From the NCBI RefSeq assembly GCF_009914755.1, contig NC_060928.1: a stretch of DNA of 64,000 nucleotides. One strand, 5' to 3'. Within the stretch, counting starts at the first letter, position 1, and the number at the start of each line of letters is the position of its first letter. Shown piece by piece: positions 44,006 to 58,283 of the stretch. Origin of the DNA: the human T2T-CHM13v2.0 reference genome, Homo sapiens. The notes below the pieces were generated by a model. The model was not told where the DNA came from. It saw nothing but the letters and a program-made list of their open reading frames with translations, and made no database searches. The translations under genes were made by a program, and so were the position numbers.

Positions 44006-44192
44006 ACCAATGGTTCTGCAAATGTGATCCCCTGACCGACAGCATAAGCATCATTGGGGAACTTATTAAAAATGCAAAATCTCAGGGCCCACCTTATATC
44101 TCCTAAAACAGAAACCATGAAAATGAGGCTTAGCAATCTGTCTTAACAATCCCTCCAAGTGATTCTGATGCATCATGTTTGAGGACCCCTGC
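44006..44192. mobile_element. MER5A
   Basis: CAATGGTTCTGCAAATGTG...AAATGCAAAATCTCAGGGCCCACC...GTTTGAGGACCCCTG. Confidence 0.85.
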
Positions 44193-44463
44193 CCTATGCT
44201 CTTGCTGTTGTTTCTGAAGGGGAAGAAGTGCCAAGTAACTTCTAACATTTATTAATTAATGTACCAAGACTAGCAATGTTGGCATTCTCATTCTTCAAAG
44301 CATCTAATTATGGACTCTGAAATTGCAATTTATATATTCCTAGAATCAACAAAGGACACCAAGCTGCTGCTCTTTTGCATGGAAAGGTAATCTTATCTTC
44401 AAATGTCCCCATGTTTCCGTTGCTATTGAGAGGCTCTCATAAGGGTTAGTTAAGAGTTCTACT

Positions 44464-44799
44464 GGCTTGGCTTAGTGACTCATGCCTGTAATCCTAGCAC
44501 TTAGGGAGGCCATGGTGGGCAGATCCCTTGGGCCCAGGGGTTTGAGACTAGCCTGGACAATATGGCAAAACCTTATCTCTGTTAATAAAAAAAAATGCAA
44601 AATTACAAAAATTAGCCCGACACAGTGCTGTACGCCTATAGTCCCAGCTACTTGGGAGGCTGAGGTGGGCGGATCACTTGAGTCCAGGAGGTTGGGAGGT
44701 CGAAGCTGCAGTGAGTTTTGATTGCGCCATTGTGCTCCAGCCTGGATGACAGAGGAGACTTTGTCACAAAAAAACAAAAACAAAAACAAAAAACAAAAA
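44464..44799 (+). mobile_element. AluJ
   Basis: Dimer with (CAAAAA)n tail. Confidence 0.9.
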
Positions 44800-45099
44800 C
44801 TACTCCTTGTGATTTCTGGTTGCTTCTGCAGCAGAGACCATGGGCAAAATCCCGGTGCTGAAATAAACATATGCCCTGATGTATTAGTGGACACGTTGTT
44901 AATCTACTTTGTATGGCTGGTTGGTTGTTTGAAAATCACATAAATACAGCCCTAAATTCAGTTATACTGTACACAGTATTGGCAGAGATACATGGTTTCC
45001 AGGATGTTCTAAGGGAGCTTTGGATAGGTGCAGCCTTCAGAGGTCAGCAGGTATGACCTTGCACTCTATGTGGGCTCCCCTTCACAGCACGTGTTCATC

Positions 45100-45835
45100 C
45101 AACTGACAAAATATTTCCAGTAACAAAAGCACATTCTATTTTTGGACAGGTCTAATTATTCTTCCATACATTGAACTAAAATCTGCCTTCCTGTAACAGT
45201 CACACAGTAGTCTGAATTCTGAATTCTGGTAAAGAATCCCCGTCTCATTGAAATAGCCCATGAGATCCCAGGAAAGGGTCACTTTAGGCTCTTTTGCAAA
45301 TTAGGCTTCCCCACTTCTTTCAGGCGTTCATGTAACAACATTCCCAGGCTCTGCACCACTCTGCCTCTTGATGCTCTTCAATTTATTAACATCTGGCTTA
45401 AAATGTGGCATGCATAACCAAAAATAATGCTACCATGTGGCTCAATCGGGGCAGCGTTTGTTTCTGGAACACAGCTCTCTGTTAATGCAGCCTGTTATTG
45501 TGTCAGCTTTGTTGGCAACTGAGCTAACCTCCGGGCACATCTCCAGTCTGCAGTCAGCTCCACGCTCCACACCAACCTATTGCATAATGTCTTACCTATC
45601 CTCTACTTGGATTGTTGATTTTTAAACTCTAAGTGCAAGCTTCATATTTAGTCCTATTAAATTATAACTTTGTGAGTTTCAGACCCAATTCTAAAATAGT
45701 AACATCTTTTACAGTCCAAATTGTCATCGAATTTTACTCTCTCTTCTTCCTAGGTTTATATGTTCAGCAAACATAACCACATGACGTCTCTCTTTGTATA
45801 AAATCCTGAGGAAACTGTTGAACAAAACAGAGCTG
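45100..45835. mobile_element. Possible ancient CR1/L3 remnant
   Basis: Weak resemblance only (AAAATCTGCCTTCCTGTAAC; CTGTTAATGCAGCCT; CTGTTGAACAAAACAGAGC). Confidence 0.4.
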
Positions 45836-46243
45836 ATTTCTGTTCCCCTCCCTCACTCAATTATTTACCTCAAAGCTTGAAACTAGAATAAAATGTCCAA
45901 GTGAAGTACCAGTTAAATATTGACTTTCACTTGCCAATTTTACTTCAATCTGTCTTTCAACTGAAGTAGCCTGAAAAATGAAAATGTAATCATTCTAAAT
46001 AATTCTTAGGGAATATATAGAATGCCTAATGGGTATTAAATATTTGAAATATAAATCCCCATTCTTTGATGTGTGCAAAAGGAGGTAGTTAAAGAATAGT
46101 ATAGAGTAATTAAAAGCTTTTATCATGATCTGGGATTAATTGAAGTATTTAGAGAGTGGTGATGCCATACTGAAAACAACTATTACAACATTTAGGGTTT
46201 TGTAATTTTCTCTGGGTTAATTAATGCTTATAAAAATTATTCT

Positions 46244-46845
<602 letters not shown>

Positions 46846-47354
46846 TTATTCCTCAAATGGCTTCTTAAATCTATAAAAATTGAAAATAATTATAAAGAAA
46901 AAATTTAAAGCCAAGAACAGTAGTTCCATGACTTGGAAGGCTGAGGTAGGAGGATCACTTGAGCCCAGGAGTTCAAGACCAACCAGGGCAACATAGTGAG
47001 ACCCTAGCTCTATTAAAACAAAATTTTAAGATATCTTACTTAGCACAGAGTATTGGCACTTAGAGATCATGGGCTATGTGAAGAAATATATTCCTAAACT
47101 TGATGTATGAGCTACATGATTACGTGTAATGTGGAGTTGAAAACAAATAACATCATGATCGAAAATACCATAATTCAATTCAGAGGATGTGGGCTGAGAT
47201 GATACCTGATCTGATACCTTCACAGCACCCAGAGAGGAAAGATCAGAAAATGTGTTTTCAATAGACATGGTGAGAACACTGCTAGGGAAGGAGTGGCAGC
47301 ATTTTTAACATGAATAACCTTAGCTAACCTATCACCACAGTATGTTGAAATAAT

Positions 47355-47693
<339 letters not shown>

Positions 47694-47869
47694 TAATTAG
47701 ATTTCCACTTCAAAAGCAATGTTGTGTATTTGTTACATCACTGCTTACAGGAAAGCAAATTAACTTTACATGTTTGAATATGTTGTCAACAGTCCCACGT
47801 CTACGATCATTCCCCAGTGGCCACAGGTTCTTCACAGTAACCAAAGTATATTTAAATGCTTTAAAAATG

Positions 47870-48912
47870 AGAAATAAAGTGAAATGGGAACCCTGTATGT
47901 TGCTGGTGAAAATGTAAAATGGTGCAGCTGCTGCAGGAAAAGGTATGGTGATTCCTCAAAAACTTAAACAGAGAAGTGCCATGAGATCCAGCCATCCCAG
48001 TTCTGGGTATATACCCAAAAGAAGTGAAAGCAGGGACTCAGGTATTTGTACACACATGTTAATAGCAGCATTATTCACAATAGCCAAGAGGTACAGAGGC
48101 AACTCAAGTGTGGTGTATACATATGTATCAGTTCCCTAGGGCTGCCATAAGAAAATACCACAGACTGGGTGGCTTAAACAACAGAAATTTATCTTCTCAC
48201 AGTTACGGAGCCTGAAATCTAAAATCAAGTTGCTGTTAGGGTTGGTGACTGGTGAGCCCCTCTTCCTGTCTGGTAGGAGCCCACCTTCCTGTCATGTCCT
48301 CAAATGGCTTTTCCTCTGTACAGGTGAAGACAGAGAGAGGAAGGCCTGATGCCCCTTCCTCTTCTTATAAGGATACCAGTTTCATGAGATTATTTCAGCA
48401 CCTCATTTAACCTCAGTTACCTTCTAAAGGGCTGGCCTCCAAGTACGGTCACACTGAGGGGTTGGGGCTTCAACATATGAATTGGGGGGTGGGGATAAAA
48501 ATTCAGATCATAACAACATACAATGCAATATTATTTAGTCTTAAAAGGGAAGGAAATTGAGACACATGCTGTGATATAAATGAAGCTTGAGGACATAATA
48601 CTATGAAGCTTGAGGACATAATACTAAGTCCAATAAGCCAGTCACAAAAAGACAAATACTGCATGATTTCACTTAATGAGGTCCTGAGTAAATTTACTGG
48701 GACAGAGAGTAGAGTAGTGGTTGCCAGAGGCTAGGGGAAGGGGAGAATGGAGAGTGAGTGTTTAATAGGTACAGAGGTTCTGTTTTACAGGATGACAAAA
48801 TTCTGGAGATGGAAGAGGTGATAGTTGCAAGCAATGTGAATATACTTAATGCCACAGGATTGTCCACTTTAAAATAGTTAAAAGGTAAATTCTGTTATGT
48901 TTATAAAAGAAA
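47870..48912 (+). mobile_element. L1MA/MB 3' end interrupted by an MLT1 LTR (about 48124-48515)
   Basis: GAAAATGTAAAATGGTGCAGCTGCT...AAGCCAGTCACAAAAAGACAAATACTGCATGATT; LTR TGTATCAGTT..TAGGGCTGCCATAAGAAAATACCACAGACTGGGTGGCTTAAAC...CATAACA. Confidence 0.85.
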
Positions 48913-48967
48913 AGAATGAGAAAAGCACTCCAACATTAAACCATTCATGTTTTAATATGCAGCCCAG

Positions 48968-49254
48968 GGCCAGGTGCGGTGTCTCACGCCTGTAATCTCA
49001 GCACTTTGGGAGGCCGAAGTGGGCGGATCACAAGGTCAGGAAATGGAGACCAGCCTGGCCAACATGGTCAAACTCCGTCTCTACTAAAAATACAAAAATT
49101 AGCTGGATGTGGTGGCTGGCGCCTATAGTCTCAGCACTCAGGAGGCTGAGGCAGGAGAATCGCTTGAACCCAGGAGGCAGAGGTTGCAGTGAGCTGAGGT
49201 CGCACCACCGCACTCCAGGCTGGGCGAAAGGGCAAGACTCTGGCTCAAAAAAAA
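48968..49254 (+). mobile_element. AluS (Sc/Sg-like)
   Basis: Dimer, short tail, TSD TGCAGCCC. Confidence 0.92.
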
Positions 49255-49310
49255 TTGCAGCCCCAAATGCTACTCACTGTAAGTGGATGTATCCCTTCTG
49301 AAACAAATTT

Positions 49311-49377
49311 TTTTTTTATTATACTTTAAGTTTTAGGGTACATGTGCACATTGTGCAGGTTAGTTACATATGTATAC
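49311..49377 (-). mobile_element. Extremely 5'-truncated young L1 (L1PA2/L1HS-type 3' end)
   Basis: Reverse complement GTATACATATGTAACTAACCTGCACAATGTGCACATGTACCCTAAAACTTAAAGTATAATAAAAA; TSD ACAAATTT at 49303-49310 and 49376-49383. Confidence 0.92.
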
Positions 49378-49511
49378 AAATTTAAACACACACACCATGC
49401 TGCCATGATGTGCTGTCAGTCTCTCAGCCACTAGCCTAAAAGTCTGCATTTTATGCTTTTTCTCCATATTGGCTTTTCCAATGTGTCAGATGGGTATTTC
49501 GTCATTTATGT

Positions 49512-49730
49512 CAGGGGTTCCAATTTTTTGGCTTCCCTGGGTTACATTGGAAGAAGAATTATCTCAGGCCACACATAAAATACACTAACACTAACCATAG
49601 CTGACGAGCTAAAAAAAAAAAAATTCAAAAACATTTCATGTTTTAAGAAAGCTTACAAATTTGTGTTGGGTCACATTCGAAGCCATTCTAGGCTGCATGC
49701 AGCCCGTGGGCCACTGGTTGGACAAGCTTG
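49512..49730. mobile_element. MER30
   Basis: CAGGGGTTCCAAT.TTTTGGCTTCCCTGGG..ACATTGGAAGAAGAATT...GGTTGGACAAGCTTG. Confidence 0.88.
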
Positions 49731-50488
49731 ATTTACATGTACCTTTCCATAACTCTTAAATTTTCATTATGCATTGCAACTTAATTTTTTCCATGTGTTA
49801 TAACTACAGTGATGGTAATAAAATTACATTTTTACTGAATTACAGGAAAATCAGCTTTGGGGTTTCGTAAGTCCTGCAAGACTGTAAATAATTTAACAAT
49901 ATCGTCAGATGTTGACTGACTCTAAACTAGCAGAATTGGAAACTCCCAGATTTATTTTGCCTCTGTCTCTTTCCCTTCCTTGGCTAATATACAAATGCAA
50001 GGAATGCCTGTGTCCTAACACACAGTAAATATTTGTGAATAAATGAATATATGTGTGTATTTGCATGTTATGAAAACAATTCCTTTACTGAAGGAAAGGA
50101 AAAATGCAGTGCCTCATGCAAACCAGTCATGTGCAGACCTCTAAGCAACATATTTTAGGATAGCATTACATTATTGTAGGAATAGTTCAGTTTTTAAAAT
50201 ACAGATAATAAGTTTATATTTGGAAAGAATTATTTTCAGGTGCAGCAAACCATTTAGAAATAAAATTTAATTCAATATAACTTCCTCCCTTTTGAAAAGC
50301 AAAAACAAGAAATGCTGGTGCAACTTTCTGAGCATCTGTCCTAATGCCTTTGCACATGTCATATAAAAGTTTCAAGATTTACTAGATCAAGGCAAGAGAA
50401 ACAGTCTATTCTATTAGAAAAAAGAGAGTTGGAACAAAGAAATTTAGCTTTTACAATGCTTTGTAATTTGTATATAAATATGAATAAT

Positions 50489-50520
50489 ATCACTTCTCGG
50501 CCTTTTGGCTAAGATAAAGT
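50489..50520 (+). pseudogene. Tailless 3'-truncated U2 snRNA retropseudogene (first ~32 nt)
   Basis: ATCACTTCTCGGCCTTTTGGCTAAGATAAAGT vs U2 5' end ATCGCTTCTCGGCCTTTTGGCTAAGATCAAGT (30/32); TSD TATAAATATGAATAAT at 50473-50488 and 50520-50535. Confidence 0.93.
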
Positions 50521-52130
50521 ATAAATATGAATAATATATATTCAAATGCTGACAAAAGATTAAAAACCTAGAATTTTGTGCAATTAGAATGAGTAATGAT
50601 TATAGCTGTTTAAAATTTATAGTAAGTGCTTAGTATATGTGTGATATTGTGTTGATGGATCAGGAGGTGGCAGAAGGAGAGAAAGCTTGGCCCAGTCCTC
50701 AGAAAGCTTATAATGTAGCTAAGAAAAGAGTCTTATGCACTGAATAACTACAGCAAAGCTGGGTGATGCCGCCTTTCACTGAAAAAGAAATTCAGAGAAG
50801 GGTGTGGTCAGTCTGTAGTAGTCATGGAAAATGTGGTCCTGAGCAGGACTTACGACAGACTGATGACGTCAACACACAAGTTTTAAAAGTTAGAATTCGT
50901 AATTTTAAAAAATACCAGTATACAATCAAATACTTGTGAAACACGGGGATGGGAATCTGTTAAATTTTCCTGTTCTCTGTGTAAGAGACATGAAATGTAA
51001 AGCAGATTTCCAAAATCACTGCCAATCTCTATTAATCAGACCATTATGACATCCTATTGATCCATATTAAAAACTTCATAGTTTTCCACGCACTTCAAAA
51101 GCTGATTTCTCCTGACAATAGATGAAGAAATTAAAGCTATAACCATGAGCCAATTAGCTGAACTCCCTTTAGCCCACTTATTATACTACTGTTCACAAAT
51201 GAAAACATAACACTACTTTTGCTCCATCAGGTGTTACTTTTTCATGTTAATTATTACTGGGGAAAATCCAGCAATTTAAAAATTACAGATCATTTTCTAG
51301 CTCCCAATTTTCTAGTTAACAAAAATAAAAGGGGATTAAGTTGGTTATTTATTTATTTTTCCTTCTCTCTTAGGGAGGCTTTCTAGATGGCCATCTTTTC
51401 TATTTTATTTTTCAACCTTTTCTTTGGTAACCCCTTGTGGTTGCAGCCTAGCTGCTTCAAGCGTGCTTGCCAGCTAAAAAAGGCTAAAGTGGGAGTCTAA
51501 CTGGGCTTTCAATTTCGCTTTTTTGACAGCAGCCTGCCCCCCACAGGGAGACACTAGGTGAGCCGCAGCTGGGCCACTGGAGAAGGGGGATAAATGCATT
51601 CCGTTTCAGTTGTGTGATTCCCTCCCGTTGCTTCCCACAATGCATCTGTAACACTTTTACTTTTCCATTTCTGCTAGAAAGCAAATCTCTGTCTCTTCCA
51701 AAGGACAGTGAACATAAGTAACTACCACCCTGGAAAGCTCTGTGGGGAGCGATGAGACGGGAGGGGCCCGGGTGATTAGAGTATGGATTGGAGGGAGCAG
51801 GTGGGAGCTGTTTCTCTGAAATCTGCTTCTAGATGTTGCCCTCAGCAGCCCTTTATTAGTGAACAAATAGTATAAATCATTGAGAAAGTAGTAGTAGAGA
51901 AATGTTAGATGGGAAAGGAAAAAGGACTCCTTCCCTTTCCGTCAACATACCCTATTCCAGGCAAAGAAAAAGTGAGCAAAAACAGTGTACAATGATAGGT
52001 TCCTTCTGCACTGCCTTTTTGTGCTGAGATTATTATTGGCCCAGGTTAAGGATAAACAGTTATCCCGAATGACTCCCTGGATGGAACAGTCAATCAAACT
52101 TGTAAGTTAGTGCCTATGAACAGTAAGACA

Positions 52131-52144
52131 AAACACAAACACAA

Positions 52145-52179
<35 letters not shown>
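52131..52179. repeat. (CA)n microsatellite
   Basis: Imperfect then pure CA run. Confidence 0.95.
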
Positions 52180-52182
<3 letters not shown>

Positions 52183-52245
52183 CTTAGACTGCAAACTTCT
52201 CAAGCCCCTGCAAATCAGTTCATTCATTTACTCCTTCCTCCAACA

Positions 52246-52358
52246 ATTTTTTTTTTAAGAGACAGAGTCTCACTTCATTGCCCAAGCTAGAGTGCAGTGG
52301 TGCAATCATAGCTCACTACAGCCTTGAACTCCTGGGCTCAAGTGATTCCTCCCACCCC
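52246..52358 (-). mobile_element. AluJ right-arm fragment
   Basis: T tract then GAGACAGAGTCTCAC...GGGCTCAAGTGAT. Confidence 0.85.
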
Positions 52359-52406
52359 ACCTAACACGATCTTTTTAGTGTACTCTGTATTGGGCTGTTT
52401 TGGTGT

Positions 52407-52606
52407 GTCCTGCATGTCCTATCTCCCTATCATTTAAAGCTGGAGCCAAAAAGAGAGTTCCAGAAGTCCTGGTTCCCCAGCTGGAGTTGCCCAAATAGGC
52501 CGCTTCACAAGATAGTTTCTGCCTGTGATATACCTAAGTGGATAGGCCACCAACACCAGTGCAGGAAAGTGATTCAGATGCTGGAGAACAAGCAAGAGCT
52601 CAGAGC
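52407..52606 (+). repeat. Donor copy of a 200-bp local duplication (second copy 53875-54074)
   Basis: GTCCTGCATGTCCTATCTCCC...CAAGAGCTCAGAGC at both sites, 8 mismatches by eye. Confidence 0.95.
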
Positions 52607-53607
52607 CAAGGAGTCAAGCCAATGTGGGTTTGAGAATGGTAAAGAGGAAGTCTTGGGGCAGCTTATAAGATATACAGGGAGGCAACACAAAGCGAGATGT
52701 GGGCTAGAATAAGAATGCATCACACAAATCTAGGACTACTGTGGCTGCTTCAGGAGTGGATTGGGATGCTCCAGACACAGTCAGCGGGCTTTAAACTTGT
52801 CCGCCAAGCTGGAACCCATGAGGATTAGTGGAACCCAAGGAGGTCTCTTATCACCCACAAGCCTCCAACACTGATGAAGTGGGTGGTTTGCACTGAAACT
52901 GGTGCCTTTCAACATGGGGCTAAACATCACCTGGCCCAGAAGCCAGTGACACTGAAGGAGGAGGCAGGGAAGGAGCTGGAGTTCACTTTGGACGTGGCAG
53001 CTGCCTCACCGCAACAGAGGCAGCATATCAGTAACAGCCCACGTGGCTGCAGCAGCCCCTGGGGACTGCTGTTGTATTGAAATGATACGTCTGCTGCTTC
53101 ACTTCTGCTTTCCAAATTTCCCACAAAATGTCTCTTGTGGCCCAGACAAACCCAAAACTATGTAGGGAAGGGAATCTAGGACATGTAGTCCAATGGGCTC
53201 AGCTGACACAGTACGAACCTGCCACAGGCTGTGGCAAGCTCAGTCCAGCTAAGGCACTATGTTGTTTTCTAGTTTGCACTTTACATAATTTCTTTGACTC
53301 TAGTGATAGGCAATATGTACTGATTAATGATATAAAACTGGACAAATACCTGGACAGCTTATCACTGAACAAGGCAAAAAAATGTCCAAACTATAAAAAG
53401 TGAAAGGAGATTGTATTAATTTTTTTGTCCCTAGGCAAGTATGATGGTTCAGAATGCTGGTCTTGTCCCCCTGGCAAAATTTGAGGTCATCTCTGAATTA
53501 CTGCAATCAATTTGGGATAAATTCACAGTCTTCTCCTTGGGTTTATAATGAAGTCAACAGGTGGTTTTGATAAAAGTCATCTTTAGTCAAGAAGAATAGC
53601 AAATTAG

Positions 53608-54114
53608 GCTGGGCACAGTGGCTCACGCCTGTAATCCCAGCACTTTGGGAGGCTGTGGCAGGCGGATCACGAGGTCAGGAGATCGTGACCATCCTGGCTA
53701 ATATGGTGAAACCCCATCTGTACTAAAAATACAAAAAATTAGCTGGGCATGGTGGCGGGCGCCTGTAGTCCCAGCTACTCAGGAGGCTGAGGCAGGAGAA
53801 TGGCGTGAACCCAGGAGGCGGAGCTTGCGGTGAGCCGAGATCGCGCCACTGGACTCCAGCCTGGGCAAAAGGAGGTCCTGCATGTCCTATCTCCCTATCC
53901 TTTAAAGCTGGAGCCAAAAAGAGTGTTCTAGAAGTCCTGGTTCCCCAGCTGGAGTTGCCCAAATAGACCGCTTCACAAGAAAGTTTCTGCCTGTGATATA
54001 CCCAAGTGGATAGTCCTCCAACACCAGTGCAGGAAAGTGATTCAGATGCTGGAGAACAAGCAAGAGCTCAGAGCTCTTTTTGAGACTCCGTCTCAAAAAA
54101 AAAAAAAAAAAAAA
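53608..54114 (+). mobile_element. AluY carrying a ~215-bp non-Alu insert near its 3' end
   Basis: AluY diagnostics (CCTGGCTAA, GAATGGCGTGAACC, GAGCTTGC); Alu breaks at CTGGGC 53866 and resumes at GAGACTCCGTCTC 54082. Confidence 0.95.
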
Positions 54115-54409
54115 GCAAACCATAGCTGGATAAATACACCAGTGAATGTCACCTCTCATAATTGCACAAGATTTCCTCGGAGTAGAGGTGGGTATCTACT
54201 TGGTGATATCTGTGGAATGGCCTGCATCTTTTCGTCTTTCTCTGATTGCAAGGAAGGAAGTCAGTAATGGCTTATAGATGCGGGAACTTTGCCCAGTACC
54301 CTGACATCATGAGTGCCTCCCCTTCTGTTTGGTGCTTATCTGAATTCTCTTTGCACGTGGAAGTGGATGTCATGGCACTGGAGAGGCTGCCTGGCCAGGG
54401 CAGCAAGTA

Positions 54410-54513
54410 AGGGTTAGAATTCAGGAAACCAGCTCAACCCAGTTTTAGCACTGAAAGTTCAGTGTCCTGGGAATCCCTTCATCGTGAATACACTGGGACA
54501 ATTGGTCAACTTA
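54410..54513. mobile_element. MER81-like hAT remnant
   Basis: AGGGTTA...CCCAGTTTTAGCACTGAAAGT...CTGGGACAATTGGTCAACTTA. Confidence 0.6.
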
Positions 54514-54730
54514 GGCCAGAGTGTGGCTGTGGCAGGAACAAGGTTTTGCTGACCTGGACAACAGGAGAAACTAAAATCAGAAGAAAAGGCAAAGGAAATG
54601 TACAATGAGAGGGATGCCAGCCATCTGGCCTGCTGGGTTTGCTGACTGGAGAGAGGGGGACAGTAAATCAGTTCTGGGGGACAATAAATTAGAGTTGATT
54701 TGTAAATCTTTCACCTAGATTCCCTAAATG

Positions 54731-54940
<210 letters not shown>

Positions 54941-55531
54941 CTAAATGTCCTTTGGTAGCAATTTTTAATAATGTAACTAGAGACTAAGGTTTGTGATTTT
55001 CTATATGTGCAGCTTTTCCCTTTTCATTCTTCTTCCATCTCTGTGCAATTGTAGAAGAGAAAGAAGCTATGGAGAGATGGGTAGGGGGTGGGATGGTGAG
55101 TAGAACAGAGGGTAAGGGTATATCAGTCATTTGGTGAGGGTAGGAGATAGCAGAGGATCAAAATATTTGTCATCCCTTTTAATGAACAGACTACAGGGAT
55201 GACGGTTATGGTAGAAGTTGTCTTTGAAGCTGCCTTATGTTAGAGTCACTTGCTCAAAATTTTATCTACTCAGTTGTGTCCAGTGGAGATGTGACAAAGT
55301 GAGTGCCCCACATTGAAGTATCCCTGCCCTTGGACCTTCTGCCCCTGGGCCGGTTAGAGGTAAGGGAGTCTTTTCCTTTCCAGTTATCTGCGAGGCTACC
55401 CTATGCCACCTTCTGGGAAGTCTGAACTCTGCTTTAACAGATGGTCCTTAATTTTCATACAATACATAATTTTCTTAAGGCCACAATCACAGCCCCAAAT
55501 GTATGCTTCAACTTCCAAACGTTTAAGCTAA

Positions 55532-55860
<329 letters not shown>

Positions 55861-55931
55861 TCTGCCGTTCTCTTAGGGGGTCCACAGTGGTGCAGCAATG
55901 GTTTACACATATAGTTTCTGTCTGTGGTTCT

Positions 55932-56055
55932 GTCACTTCATCACACAGAAATGACTAGACAAACTCCCATCCAAATTTGGAGATAATCTGACTTAATTAA
56001 AAGCTAGATGTTATGAATAAATCTCACAATCTTCTAGAGTCATCCTCCAAAGCCA
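55932..56055 (+). repeat. First copy of a 124-bp local duplication (second copy 58284-58406)
   Basis: GTCACTTCATCACAC...CATCCTC(C/T)AAAGCCA at both sites, about 6 differences. Confidence 0.95.
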
Positions 56056-57526
56056 TTCAAACACAGGCACAATAAGAGGCAGCCATAATGGCCAATTGGA
56101 GAAAGCCATTCACATTAAGATGCTGTGGACCAGGACAACTGTGAGCCTTCATCACAAAATCACAGAGGCAGAGGTTTTCAGTGTCCCGCATTGATTTGTG
56201 AATGAGCAGCTTCTCCATGCTGGTGCTCATGCCTCAGAGTGCTCCTGGGTGAGCAGCAGCTGGGAAATTGCTTATTTAACCATGATTAATGGGATTCTTG
56301 ACCAATATATAGAATAAGATAAATAACTTTGTACTTTATGGTCTTCACACAAACAATCCATACATGTGGACAATAATTCCACAGCATCTTCCTTCCTTCA
56401 GAAGCAGAAGTAGAATCAATACAATGTTATAGGATTTACTGCAAATCCTGATTTCTATCTCTATCTTCTGAGTAGTTTTATGCCTGGGTCAATGCTATTA
56501 TTTATTTTTAGCTCACTTACAAGGGAGTCTAAGATACTCAGTTTGAGAAAAGAAAGAAATCCCCAAGATCTGGAATGGATTGTTTTGTATCCATGCAGAC
56601 AAAAGAAGCTGGCATTCCTCAGGACATTTCCATATCTCCAAGGGTGTGCATATCCTGGTGAGGGGTGGTGATCAGGAAGGTGAGTTTGGTTCAGTGGTGG
56701 ATCTTGCGTTCTAAGTGACTATAGAATCCTCCGAAAAGGAAATAAATGAAATCTACGATGTCAGTTCCTTGGTATGATCTGGAATCATAGATCATTTTAT
56801 TTTTTTAACTTCTTTATTCAGCCCACATGATGAGCATGCCTACTTTGCTCTGTTTCCGTTTTATGAAAAGAGGGTGGTGATAGCTACTTAGCTTGTAAAT
56901 GGAACTTTGAAAGAGTCTGGAAATCCCTAAAAGAAAGAGATGTGGGAGGTATTATTTCCTTGCAATGAACACAGAATTTATGTAACCCAAATGCTACCAG
57001 CATTTATTCACTAATCTTCCCTTAACTTCAGATTTGTTTGCATAACTTTTGACGACTTACATTCCTAATTATCCTGTCACCAGTGCCGTCATTCACTGGG
57101 CAGAAAACATATTCCATTTTTATATTATCATTTACAGAATGGTATTATACATGCTAATTTCAATAATTAAGTTAAATAATAAAATTAAAAGTATGTTCCC
57201 ATCTTCTGATCTTCCTACTAAAATTAGATCGTAAAGAGCAGTGGAATTGGAGCACATGTGAGCTTCAAGGTGCAGAACATACACAGCTCCTACTGCTCTG
57301 GGCCTACTGTGTCTCCCACATGTGTCACTGGACTGCCTGCATCACAGTCTCCTGGTGTGCTTCTTTAACATGCAGGCTCCTAGGCCCCAAAAAACAATTT
57401 GGGGTATAGGGCCTGAGGCTCTGCATTCTTAAGTGTCTCCATAAGTGGTTCTTATGCATATTACATCTTGGCCTGCAATGCCCTAGATACGGATTGTGGT
57501 TAGCTCAGAGTCCCCTTCAGGAAGAC

Positions 57527-58283
<757 letters not shown>

